This document shows, one piece after another, positions 18,730 to 27,747 of a stretch of DNA of 64,000 bases. The notes under the pieces were generated by a model that saw nothing but the letters and a program-made list of their open reading frames with translations, made no database searches and was not told the DNA's origin. Position numbers and translations under genes: made by a program. Each line of letters starts with the position of its first letter. Within the stretch, counting starts at the first letter, position 1. This DNA is from Microgenomates group bacterium RBG_16_45_19 (GTDB taxonomy: Bacteria; Patescibacteriota; Microgenomatia; UBA1400; RBG-16-45-19): positions 4,642-68,641 of the forward strand of contig MHDC01000011.1 in NCBI GenBank assembly GCA_001803415.1, in the 5' to 3' direction.

Positions 18730-19317
18730 TCATAATTTAATCGCTTTTAGAAAATGTTTCATGAGGACTCGGGCGATAAGGCGGTGGCCGAGAGTGTTGG
18801 GGTGGAGGTAATCAGGCTCCGGTTGACTGGTAAATTCTAAAGTGTAAGTGAAGATTCTAGATAAATCCTGATGCTTAAAAACGTGCCAAAGATCCACCAG
18901 GTGGCAATTTTTTTCGAGGGTAACAGTTTTGATGGCGGTTAAATAGGGGAGATACTGCTTGGCAATGGAGTAATGGTCAATTTGGTTAGGAGTTAACAGC
19001 CAAAGATGACTAAGGTGGCGTTGGGTTAGAGAATGGATAATTTTACGGAGGTAATCAGTGAAAACATCAACCGAAGTTAGGTAATGAGCATCATTGTGGC
19101 CAAACATGACAGTTACTAGATCGGGTTGATGAGAGAGGACGTCTCGATCCAGACGATAATAGCCACCCTGGGCCGTGTCGCCGTTGACGCCGGTGGAGAT
19201 AACTTTGACCTTACCGGAGCCGTATTTTTGATTTAAAAGTATCTGCCAATAGGTGGGATATTTGGGTTCGTCCCGCTCATAGGTGATAGAGTCGCCGAGA
19301 CAGACAAGGGTAAACAT
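18730..19317 (-). CDS. SGNH/GDSL hydrolase
   Basis: 'LGDSIT', 'GVNGDT', 'FGHND', 'DYLHPN'. Confidence 0.93.
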   Translation of the reverse strand: MFTLVCLGDSITYERDEPKYPTYWQILLNQKYGSGKVKVISTGVNGDTAQGGYYRLDRDVLSHQPDLVTVMFGHNDAHYLTSVDVFTDYLRKIIHSLTQRHLSHLWLLTPNQIDHYSIAKQYLPYLTAIKTVTLEKNCHLVDLWHVFKHQDLSRIFTYTLEFTSQPEPDYLHPNTLGHRLIARVLMKHFLKAIKL

Positions 19318-19337
19318 GATGGTTAATGGTTAATGAT

Positions 19338-20003
19338 TTAAATTTTGTCAAAATTGAAACCTTTTTGGCAGGCCAAGGTTTGGATTTGGGGATTAGCGGC
19401 AAGGTTTTGGAGACGTTGGTCAAAGAGTGCTAGCGAGTAGTCAAAGTGGAATTTGGGGCGGAGGATTTGAAGCCACTTGAAGCCGGTATCAAGATAGGCA
19501 TCAAGCGTACTTTGAGACATTTGGCCTGATACAACGGCATTTTGAGAGGTGAGCCAGCGATCGAGATTAAGCACTTCGAGCTTGTCGGCGTCCCAAAGGA
19601 TTTGGCCTTCAAGATTAACCGGGGTATCTTCAAATTGGTGGTATCGAACAGCTTTGATTGAAGTAGTGATAAAGGCAGAGTCAAAGTGAAATTCTTGCAG
19701 ACGAGCTTCAAGAAAAGAGGCAGTATCGGCAACATTATGACCGGCGCTATGAAGTTCATCTCGAGGTTTAACCACGACGTCGTGCCAGAAACAGGCGAGC
19801 TTGAGAGCATTAAGATCAACGATAGCAGATCCCGAATCTGTCTGACGCTTAGATCCGGGATCTAAAACTATGTGCTTGGATATATCCTGGGCGGTGGCCC
19901 AAACGGCTTCAGCGTGGGCTAGGTCGTGGCCGGCATCAAAAGGATTATCGGTTAAGAATTGACGGGCTTGGGTGAGAAGGGAGTCCATTTGTGAGAGTGA
20001 CAT
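19338..20003 (-). CDS. HD-domain phosphohydrolase
   Basis: 'HDLAH', 'WHD', 'LWDADKL'. Contains an in-frame palindromic insertion. Confidence 0.88.
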   Translation of the reverse strand: MSLSQMDSLLTQARQFLTDNPFDAGHDLAHAEAVWATAQDISKHIVLDPGSKRQTDSGSAIVDLNALKLACFWHDVVVKPRDELHSAGHNVADTASFLEARLQEFHFDSAFITTSIKAVRYHQFEDTPVNLEGQILWDADKLEVLNLDRWLTSQNAVVSGQMSQSTLDAYLDTGFKWLQILRPKFHFDYSLALFDQRLQNLAANPQIQTLACQKGFNFDKI

Positions 20004-20045
20004 AAACCAATTTTACCTTATAGGGAGTGGTAAAATTGGGGATAT

Positions 20046-20630
20046 ATGGCAGTGAGAGAGACGGTGCAAGTTGGGGATTTAAAGTTGAAGGCGAAAAATG
20101 CGCCGGTAACGGATTTTGATAGTAGAAAAGTCAAAAAGGTAATCGCGGATTTAATCGAGACGATGAGGTCGGAACAATTAATTGGGATGGCGGCACCGCA
20201 AATCGGAGAGAATTTCCAGATTTTTGCAACGGAACCAAGAAAGACGATTTTTCGATCCGGGGTGTTTGATCCGTTGAGGATATTTATCAATCCCAAAATA
20301 GTTGATTCATCAAAAGAATTAGTAGTGGCTTATGAAGGTTGTGGCAGCGTGGTACGAGCTCAGTTGTTTGGACCGGTTAGACGATCCCGAGTGATAACGG
20401 TTAAGGCACTTGACGAAAAAGGGCAAGGTTTTAAGTTGACTGGGGACGGAATTTTAGCTCGAGTAATCCAGCATGAGTATGACCACCTACAGGGGATCGA
20501 GTTTACCGAAAAAATCGATGACTATCGGAAATTGGTAAGTACTGAGATTTACCGGGAAAAAATTAGAAATTCACCAAAGCAACTTAAAGCGGCGGAAATC
20601 ACGGTATGTAAGGTGGAGCGACTTAGTTAG
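20046..20630 (+). CDS. def: Peptide deformylase
   Basis: 'GMAAPQIG', 'EGCGS', 'QHEYDHLQG'. Confidence 0.95.
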   Translation: MAVRETVQVGDLKLKAKNAPVTDFDSRKVKKVIADLIETMRSEQLIGMAAPQIGENFQIFATEPRKTIFRSGVFDPLRIFINPKIVDSSKELVVAYEGCGSVVRAQLFGPVRRSRVITVKALDEKGQGFKLTGDGILARVIQHEYDHLQGIEFTEKIDDYRKLVSTEIYREKIRNSPKQLKAAEITVCKVERLS

Positions 20631-21477
20631 GGTAATCTTTAAGAATTTGCTGGCTGATGGTGAGATAACCAGTGATGGCTTTGGGGGAGTGGTGGCGGAT
20701 GGACCAGTCTAATTGGCGCAGGATCATATGGGCGTAATAGAGGCGGAGAGTGTCCTTGGAAATGTGTTTCAAGACTTCGGCTTCGACCGGCTGGCGGAGG
20801 GAGGAGTCTAGATAGTAATAATAGACGAGGGTGGTGAGATCAAAGAACCGGTCGCCAAGACAAGCACCGGCCCAATCGATGACGCCCGAAAGCTGGCCAT
20901 TAACCGCAAAAATATTACCGCCATGGAAATCAAAGTGAACCAGGTCGTTTTGAGCACAAGTAAGGTGGGTTGAGGCTGGAGCGATAGCTTTAAGCTGGCT
21001 GAGGATTTGGCGGGTAGTTGCCGAGTAATTAGTTAAACTGGAATGGAGACAATAACTGTGACCACCAGAGAAAAGCGTGTCAATAAGAACCTTAGGCCAG
21101 TCGCTGGGAGTGGCAATAAGCTTGGCTTGAAGCTGGTTTAGGGCCAAGATTTGAGGAAGAAAGTTAGGAGTAAGCGGTTCCAAAGGCTCACCGGGGACAA
21201 ATTCTTGAAGGACAACGGTGAAGTGATCTTGGCTTTTCAAGGTAATGATTTGGGGGGCGGGATAACCTCGAGACTTGAGGTGAGTGAGATAATCGCGCAC
21301 GAGAGGCAGGTCGACGGCCGCTTCAGGGTAGTCATAGATTTTAAGGCTGTAGCAGATCTGATGGTCATCGATAACTTGGTAGGCGCCAGTTTCACCTCCG
21401 GTAAATTTGCCTTGAAGAGTGAGGGGAGAAGGAAATTGAGCTTGAACAAGGGCGAGAGCTGATTCAGGAGTGATCAT
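20623..21477 (-). CDS. Aminoglycoside phosphotransferase/choline kinase-like protein
   Basis: 'LVHFDFHGGN', 'GVIDW', 'GDRFFDL'. Confidence 0.88.
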   Translation of the reverse strand: MITPESALALVQAQFPSPLTLQGKFTGGETGAYQVIDDHQICYSLKIYDYPEAAVDLPLVRDYLTHLKSRGYPAPQIITLKSQDHFTVVLQEFVPGEPLEPLTPNFLPQILALNQLQAKLIATPSDWPKVLIDTLFSGGHSYCLHSSLTNYSATTRQILSQLKAIAPASTHLTCAQNDLVHFDFHGGNIFAVNGQLSGVIDWAGACLGDRFFDLTTLVYYYYLDSSLRQPVEAEVLKHISKDTLRLYYAHMILRQLDWSIRHHSPKAITGYLTISQQILKDYPN

Positions 21478-21914
21478 TTGAAGTAATTATACTGATACGG
21501 TCTAATGGTTGGGGGGGGAAGGCGCTAGGGGAAAAGCAGGTGATAGGGAATATTTGATTGATTTAGCCGTCTATTTAATTTGGAATAGTGGGGTAGGGAG
21601 TTTAAAAGTTGATCAAACCGATTTGACGATAAAATTTGATTTAAGCCGATCTAGCGGCTTATCTTGATTTAAAAGCGATAGTGAAGCGAGGTGACCGAAG
21701 TCGGGAGAGCAGGCTGGAGGCTGACTTGATGGTCGTCTCCCCTTGCGTCGTACAATATTAGTGGTAATTTGGAATTCGAAGCTGATAAAAATAGATATTA
21801 CTCTGGTGAGTTCGGCTTTTTTAGGCCTCCCCCGAAATGTCGCCGTATTGTTGGTCTCCCCTGCTCTACCCTATCTCCAGAGGTAGAAAAAGGGGGGATT
21901 GTTATAATACGTAT

Positions 21915-22994
21915 ATGAAAATTATACCGTTTAAAAGCCCGACCAGCAGGGAAATTGACGAGGCCGCGGACACCCTAAAAAACGGCGGGTTGGTGGGGTT
22001 ACCGACTGAAACTTGCTACGGCATGGGGGTAGACGCCACGAATGCCGCGGCAGTGGCAAGACTCCTGAAGTTTAAAGGCGGACGGGAGAATAAAGCCATT
22101 AGTATCGCGGTGGCCGATAAAACGATGGCGGAACGATACGTAGACTTAACGGAAACGGCGGAAAATTTGTATCAAACGTTGCTCCCGGGGCCGGTGACGG
22201 TAATTAGCCAGAGCCAAGGCCATGTTGTCAAGGCATTGGAGTCAGAAGATGGGACATTGGGGATTAGAATACCTAATTATCCGGCGGTGTTAGAGTTGAT
22301 AAAGAAGTTGGGTAAACCGATCACGGCGACTTCGGCCAATACCAGCGGGAAGAAGCCGCCGTACAGCTTGGCTGAATGGCAACGGTACACCTCAATTAAG
22401 AAACAACAATTGGTAGCTTTGTGGTTGGATGCCGGCCGGCTAGCGCATCAGCTCCCGTCTACGTTAGTAGACACACGGCTAAACGATTTAACGGTGTTGC
22501 GGCAAGGTGAAGTTGAAATTCCCAAAGCCTCTTACCAATTCGGGTCTTTTACGGAAGCTGAGACCCAAAGGCTAGGTGAACAAATAATGAGTTCATATAG
22601 GCATGAATTGGCTTTTAGACCAGTGATTATAGCTTTACAAGGTGAATTGGGAACTGGAAAGACCCAGATGGCCAAAGGAGTAGCCCGGGCTTTGGGGATC
22701 AAAACCACTATCCCCTCGCCCACCTATACAATTGTCAGGGAATACCCGCACAAAAAGAGGCAATTGCAGGGACGAATGTACCATATTGATACTTGGCGCT
22801 TACCGGACACCGAGGAGCTATGGACATTAGGTTTAGAGTCGATGATGCAACCGGGCAACGTGATCGTAATTGAGTGGGTCCAAAAAATGAGCCAGTTAGT
22901 TAAGAAATTGAAGCATCGAGCGAGAGTAATTTGGGTCGATATTCAAACCAAGACTCCACAAACACGAACCATCCGTTGGTGGACAAATAATTAA
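21915..22994 (+). CDS. tsaC/tsaE: TsaC (YrdC/Sua5)-TsaE fusion protein for t6A biosynthesis
   Basis: N-terminal 'PTETCYG', 'PGPVT', 'ATSAN'. C-terminal 'LQGELGTGKT', 'SPTY', 'HIDTWR', 'IEW'. TATAAT 6 nt before the ATG. Confidence 0.92.
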   Translation: MKIIPFKSPTSREIDEAADTLKNGGLVGLPTETCYGMGVDATNAAAVARLLKFKGGRENKAISIAVADKTMAERYVDLTETAENLYQTLLPGPVTVISQSQGHVVKALESEDGTLGIRIPNYPAVLELIKKLGKPITATSANTSGKKPPYSLAEWQRYTSIKKQQLVALWLDAGRLAHQLPSTLVDTRLNDLTVLRQGEVEIPKASYQFGSFTEAETQRLGEQIMSSYRHELAFRPVIIALQGELGTGKTQMAKGVARALGIKTTIPSPTYTIVREYPHKKRQLQGRMYHIDTWRLPDTEELWTLGLESMMQPGNVIVIEWVQKMSQLVKKLKHRARVIWVDIQTKTPQTRTIRWWTNN

Positions 22995-23341
22995 GGTAGC
23001 TGGAGCTTTTGGTGAAGGTCCTCAAGAGAAAGTGAGATGGCGGTAGTTTGCGGTAAAAGATGTAAGTGAGCGTGGGAGACGATCTCCCCTTTAACGCCAG
23101 CATAGATTAAATCGGTGGTAAGGACCGTTTGATAGTGGCGGACAATGATTTGAGCAAAATTGATCAAAGCACCAGGATCAGGTAAATCCCAAAAATGACG
23201 ATAGTGAATTTTAGGAATGACCAAAGTGTGACCGGCAACCTGCGGGTGAATGTCTAAAAAAGCGAGAAAGTGGTCATCGGCGTGGATTTGGTAACACGGT
23301 TGCTCCCCGCTGACAATTTGGCAAAAAATGCAGTTGAGCAT
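22991..23341 (-). CDS. HIT family hydrolase
   Basis: 'CIFCQI', 'GHTLVIPK', 'HAHLH'. Confidence 0.93.
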   Translation of the reverse strand: MLNCIFCQIVSGEQPCYQIHADDHFLAFLDIHPQVAGHTLVIPKIHYRHFWDLPDPGALINFAQIIVRHYQTVLTTDLIYAGVKGEIVSHAHLHLLPQTTAISLSLEDLHQKLQLP

Positions 23342-23367
23342 GGGGTTAGTATATACTATGGCGCTGT

Positions 23368-24462
23368 ATGACTAGATTGAAAGCCAATTACACCATTTTG
23401 GCAATCGAAACGAGTTTGGACGATACCTGTGCGGCGGTAACGGTCGATGACCGAGTGGTGAGTAACGTGGTGGCGTCACAAGTGAAATTCCACGAAGAAT
23501 ATGGGGGAACGGTGCCGCATATAGCCAAGCGGAAGCACCGAGAGTGGATCGATAGAACCATTGATGAAGCCCTTCGACTTCGCTCAGGGCGACATCAGAA
23601 AATAACTGATGTCGACGCGGTGGCGGTGACGTATGGGCCGGGGCTGGCGCCGTGTTTGGAAGTGGGAATTGCCAAAGCCAAAGAATTGGCGCGGGAATGG
23701 CAGAAGCCGTTAATCGCCGTGAACCATATGGAAGGGCATTTACTGTCGAGTTTGGCTAAAAACCGACAAGGCAAGAATAAGATCCAGGATCTCCCGGAGA
23801 TCCGGGATCAAATGCCAGTTCTTGGTTTTTTAATATCCGGAGGGCATACGGAGCTGGTGTTAATGAGGGGGTTGGGCAAATATGAATTGCTGGGGGAAAC
23901 TTTAGATGATGCGGCCGGTGAAGCCTACGACAAAGTGGCTCGGATGCTGAATTTGGGTTACCCGGGCGGGCCGATACTATCAGAATTGGCAAAAGAGGGA
24001 GACCCCAGTCGTTATCCCCTACCCGAGCCAATGAAACACCGACAAGACTTGAATTTTAGTTTTTCGGGGATTAAAACGGCGGCGTTGTATAAGTTGAGAG
24101 ATTTATATCAGATCCGGGATCTAAATAATCGTCAATTCGTGGCTGATTTTGCGGCGTCATTTCAACAAGCGGTATTGAAAATGCTAAGGCGGAAGTTTAA
24201 ACGAGCCTTGGAAATGTACCAGCCGAAAATGGTACTTCTAGGCGGAGGGGTGGTGAGTAACGTGGCCATCCGAACCGAGGCGCGGAAAGTGGCTAATAAG
24301 TTTGGGGTGCCGGTAGTTATCCCCTACTCGCCCAAACTTTTTACCGACAACGCAGCCATGATCGGGGTCTGTGCGTGGTACCAAGCGCAGAGGGGTGAAT
24401 TTGTCGAAGACCTGGGGCAGTTAGACCGCCAGCCGAATTTGAGTTTTAGGACTAAGTCTTAG
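23368..24462 (+). CDS. tsaD: tRNA threonylcarbamoyltransferase TsaD
   Basis: 'IETSLDDT', 'GPGL', 'HMEGH', 'SGGHT', 'DDAAGEAYDK', 'TDNAAMI'. Confidence 0.97.
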   Translation: MTRLKANYTILAIETSLDDTCAAVTVDDRVVSNVVASQVKFHEEYGGTVPHIAKRKHREWIDRTIDEALRLRSGRHQKITDVDAVAVTYGPGLAPCLEVGIAKAKELAREWQKPLIAVNHMEGHLLSSLAKNRQGKNKIQDLPEIRDQMPVLGFLISGGHTELVLMRGLGKYELLGETLDDAAGEAYDKVARMLNLGYPGGPILSELAKEGDPSRYPLPEPMKHRQDLNFSFSGIKTAALYKLRDLYQIRDLNNRQFVADFAASFQQAVLKMLRRKFKRALEMYQPKMVLLGGGVVSNVAIRTEARKVANKFGVPVVIPYSPKLFTDNAAMIGVCAWYQAQRGEFVEDLGQLDRQPNLSFRTKS

Positions 24463-24493
24463 CCAAGATACTACGTGTAAGTTGAATTATTGA

Positions 24494-24751
24494 TCAACGG
24501 TAGAGGTGGTGGGTGCCGATGTCTAAGAAAGTGACACTACCGTCCGGTTCGAATTTGATAAGGATACGATAGTGATAGTCTATAGAAAAAGCAGCTAAGC
24601 CTGTAAGTTTTCCCTTGAGATAGTGTGTTTTTAGACTAAGATCTTCGGGGTTACGCTTAAAGATAGCTTCTTGCTGGGCAGTTTCGATTTGTAAACGATG
24701 CGGTATACGCTCAAAATGTTTGACAAATTGAGTGGCGTAATAGATTTTCAT
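24494..24751 (-). CDS. RelE/YafQ-like mRNA interferase toxin
   Basis: 'LKTHYLKGKL', 'FSIDYHYR', 'DIGTH'. Confidence 0.88.
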   Translation of the reverse strand: MKIYYATQFVKHFERIPHRLQIETAQQEAIFKRNPEDLSLKTHYLKGKLTGLAAFSIDYHYRILIKFEPDGSVTFLDIGTHHLYR

Positions 24752-25032
24752 TTTTTAGGCTTAATCAGATCTAAAACTGATTCCGCTTCTATCAGTCTAC
24801 CCTCTTTTTTATCCTTTTTGTATTCTTGAACGATTCTGAGAACATCATGTAATTCCAGTTCTTCAAGTTGTGATTTCATGGCATCCAGCTCTTGGGCGTC
24901 AATAATAGCCACATCAGGTTTGTTGTTGGTAAGAACCACCACTGGCTGTTTGGTTTTTTTGGCCAAGTCAAAAACCCGGCGGTAGTTGCGTTGGATATCT
25001 TTGGCGGAGACGGTTTGGGGCATTAAACTCAT
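24748..25032 (-). CDS. Phd/YefM antitoxin
   Basis: 'VSAKDIQRNY', 'PVVVLTNNKPDVAII'. Confidence 0.88.
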   Translation of the reverse strand: MSLMPQTVSAKDIQRNYRRVFDLAKKTKQPVVVLTNNKPDVAIIDAQELDAMKSQLEELELHDVLRIVQEYKKDKKEGRLIEAESVLDLIKPKK

Positions 25033-25065
25033 ATTCTTATATATTATTGTATGTATAATTAGATG

Positions 25066-25437
25066 TCAATGGGGCTGGATTTGACTTAAGGCCTTAACCG
25101 GAAGCATGAGACAGTTGAGGCGGAGGGGGGTGATGGTGGCGCCGATAAGCTGCTGCATGAATTCGGGGGTAAGATTAGCAAGGGCGGTGACTGGTTTACC
25201 TTTAAGGTGAGAGGTTAAGAGTGAACAAGCGGCGGTGGAGACGGCGCAACCGGTACCGGTAAACTTCAAATCCTTAATGGTTAATGATTGATGATTAATT
25301 AGCACGTAGAAGATAAAGCTGTCGCCGCAGGAGGCGTTGGTTTCCTTGATGACCCGGTCGGCGGATTTGAGACGGCCATAGTTGTCAGGGTGGCGATAGT
25401 GATCGAGAATTTCTTGGTGATAAAGGTCGTCGGACAT
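25066..25437 (-). CDS. sufU: SufU/IscU-type Fe-S scaffold or sulfur carrier
   Basis: 'LYHQEILDHY', 'NASCGD', 'GCAVS', 'RLNCLML'. Confidence 0.92.
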   Translation of the reverse strand: MSDDLYHQEILDHYRHPDNYGRLKSADRVIKETNASCGDSFIFYVLINHQSLTIKDLKFTGTGCAVSTAACSLLTSHLKGKPVTALANLTPEFMQQLIGATITPLRLNCLMLPVKALSQIQPH

Positions 25438-25459
25438 AGAAATGAGTAATGATTAGAAT

Positions 25460-26428
25460 TTATGCCCTAATAAGTTTTTCTAGCCAAGGTATAGGCTGAT
25501 TTTTTCTTTGCCACCAGAGGTCTTCCCAGAGATAATGAATTACCAACTGCTTGTATGGACCAAAGCGATTGAAATAGCTAAATAGTTTTCTAACTGTAAC
25601 TGGATGATTCGGATCTTGGTCAAAAATTAGCTTGGAGTAGATTTTTTGTTCCCAGGGAGAAATGTGATCGAGGTAATCCCAGTGATGAAAAACATCAAAG
25701 AGTAAATAACCAACCGTGGCGGGTCCGATGCCATAAAGATTTAGAAGTTTAGTCTTTTGAGTATCCAAGTCTTGTTGTCTGAGTTCATTCTCATTTACAA
25801 CACCTTTGGCAAATGAGTCATCTGTTTTCTTGATTGATTTAGCGCGGTATCCCAGTTTTAAGGATCTCAATTCAGCTTCGGGAACAGTTTTTAAGTCTCC
25901 CAGATCCCAAAAACACCAAAATTGCTTACCGGCAAATTCTAGGAGAGTACCATAGTGTTCAAATAAAATCTGCATCATTTGGATTGAGCGACGGACAGTG
26001 CAATTTTGTAAAACGATACCAATGATTAAATACTCATAGAGGGAATCTTGATGTCCAGGGCGTAAGCCCCTCATTTTCTTAATAACTGGTCCCACCTTTG
26101 TATCGCTGGCGAAATGTTGGTAGAAATGATTGAGGTCAAAATTTAGGTTATAGCGGTATTGAATCTCTTGGATAAATTCGGCAACTAAATCGTTGGCTAA
26201 TGGTCTGGATGAATAAATCTCCACCTCAATCTTTGGTATTTCGACGGAGCCGGTATTTCTAAAAATCACACCAAGATATTTACCAAGAAAGCGAAAAGTT
26301 TGCCATCTGATGCCGGACTCCCAGTAGTTATCCCCGGAGGTGAAATGGGCCGGTTTATGAAAGGTGGTATCAAAATGGAAAGGAGCTGATGGTTTAATCT
26401 CAACAATAGTAACCGATTCCAGGATCAT
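25460..26428 (-). CDS. HhH-GPD DNA glycosylase-like protein (AlkA/Ogg)
   Basis: 'LKLGYRAKSI' and HhH motif 'LLNLYGIGPAT'. Confidence 0.8.
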   Translation of the reverse strand: MILESVTIVEIKPSAPFHFDTTFHKPAHFTSGDNYWESGIRWQTFRFLGKYLGVIFRNTGSVEIPKIEVEIYSSRPLANDLVAEFIQEIQYRYNLNFDLNHFYQHFASDTKVGPVIKKMRGLRPGHQDSLYEYLIIGIVLQNCTVRRSIQMMQILFEHYGTLLEFAGKQFWCFWDLGDLKTVPEAELRSLKLGYRAKSIKKTDDSFAKGVVNENELRQQDLDTQKTKLLNLYGIGPATVGYLLFDVFHHWDYLDHISPWEQKIYSKLIFDQDPNHPVTVRKLFSYFNRFGPYKQLVIHYLWEDLWWQRKNQPIPWLEKLIRA

Positions 26429-26958
26429 AAAATTTTACCTAAGATTTCTTCGCAAATTTTGAAGCCATTCAGGTTGTTACGATATTTGACACCATCGAAA
26501 AGCGTTTGTTTGCGAGTTAGGATTTTAAGGCGAGTCGAGGGATCGGCTTGGAGTTTGGACTGGATGATAGGAATGGCTTGAATGGCTTTAATTGACGACT
26601 CGGCAGTATACCAGACGTCAAATTTCCAGATAATATTCGGTTTAATTACTTTTAACTCCCAGTAACAACCGCGCCAGTTACTGGGAAAGGGAAAGTCTAA
26701 ATGATTAGCAAAGCCGATGGTTTGAAAGAGTTTGGTATCTAGCAACTCTTTGGTTTTAATTATCGCTTTGTCCAGATCACAAGATTTTAAGGTAATGAAG
26801 ATATCAATATCGGGGCGAAACATTAAATCAAGGGCGTAACTGCTAACAACATGCACTTGGCCAAGATCAGAGAAGTGTTTTTCAAGATTTACTTTTAGTA
26901 GTAATTCATCTGCTTCAGATTTAAGCTGGTCTGCTTGCTTAAGTAGATTTTCGGACAT
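26425..26958 (-). CDS. Nucleotidyltransferase-fold hypothetical protein
   Basis: 'SSYALDLM..DIDI' and 'WKFDVW'. Confidence 0.6.
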   Translation of the reverse strand: MSENLLKQADQLKSEADELLLKVNLEKHFSDLGQVHVVSSYALDLMFRPDIDIFITLKSCDLDKAIIKTKELLDTKLFQTIGFANHLDFPFPSNWRGCYWELKVIKPNIIWKFDVWYTAESSIKAIQAIPIIQSKLQADPSTRLKILTRKQTLFDGVKYRNNLNGFKICEEILGKIL

Positions 26959-26971
26959 AAGTGAATGACAG

Positions 26972-27298
26972 TTAACTCATTTCCCCCACAAGCCAGTCAT
27001 AATATTTTTTCGCAACGTGTTTAACGGGAATGGCAAAAATACAAGGAGTGTCGTAAGTGTGAACTTTAGCCACTTCGACTTCAAGGTGTGGGTATTTTGA
27101 CTCGACTGTCTTGGCAATTAAGACAACTTCTCTACTTTCATCAATAATCCCTGTTTTGGGTGGCCAAAAAAACATGGGGTGCATCTCGGGGAAAATATTG
27201 ACACAGGCGCAGAGCTTCTTGGTCATTAGGTGCTTGCTGATTTTCTTCGCTTGGTCAACGCTATCGCAGGTAATATAGACAAGCAACATATCAGCCAT
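26972..27298 (-). CDS. cutA: Divalent cation tolerance protein CutA
   Basis: 'LCACVNI', 'HTYDTPCI', 'YYDWL'. AGGAG RBS. Confidence 0.9.
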   Translation of the reverse strand: MADMLLVYITCDSVDQAKKISKHLMTKKLCACVNIFPEMHPMFFWPPKTGIIDESREVVLIAKTVESKYPHLEVEVAKVHTYDTPCIFAIPVKHVAKKYYDWLVGEMS

Positions 27299-27314
27299 GT
27301 TTTTTCTCCTGTCA

Positions 27315-27734
27315 TTATTTACATTGGTCGCAGCAGTCGCCGCCGCAGCAGGTGTCGCTGGGGTCGACAGCAACCAAGCTGATTTCGACGGTGGCTCCCA
27401 GGGGTAACGCTTTAACACAAATAACTTCGCGGGCGGGAAAAGGATCCTTGAAGTAAGAACCATAGACTTCATTGATATCGCCATAGACGGACATATCGGT
27501 CACATAAATGGTGGTTTTGACCACATCGGCAAAAGTGACATCGGCGGCTTTTAAGACAGCTTGGAGATTCTTCATGATTTGATGGATTTGGTCTTTAAGC
27601 GTCCCGGCTAACAATTTCCCCTCTTTGGTGAGACCGATTTGACCGGAAGTAAAGATTAGGCCGTTGGCTCTGACGGCATGGGAAAAAGGACCGGAAGCGG
27701 CGGGCGCATTTTTGGCAGTGACTTTGGTTTTCAT
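27315..27734 (-). CDS. RidA/YjgF family deaminase with a Cys-rich tail
   Basis: 'GPFSHAV', 'SGQIG', 'PAR', 'VEI'; tail DTCCGGDCCDQCK. Confidence 0.92.
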   Translation of the reverse strand: MKTKVTAKNAPAASGPFSHAVRANGLIFTSGQIGLTKEGKLLAGTLKDQIHQIMKNLQAVLKAADVTFADVVKTTIYVTDMSVYGDINEVYGSYFKDPFPAREVICVKALPLGATVEISLVAVDPSDTCCGGDCCDQCK

Positions 27735-27747
27735 ACAGCTCCTCTTT

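Noticed and set aside
20623-21477. Aminoglycoside resistance gene
   Set aside because: Only generic APH/kinase-fold motifs; the substrate cannot be inferred.
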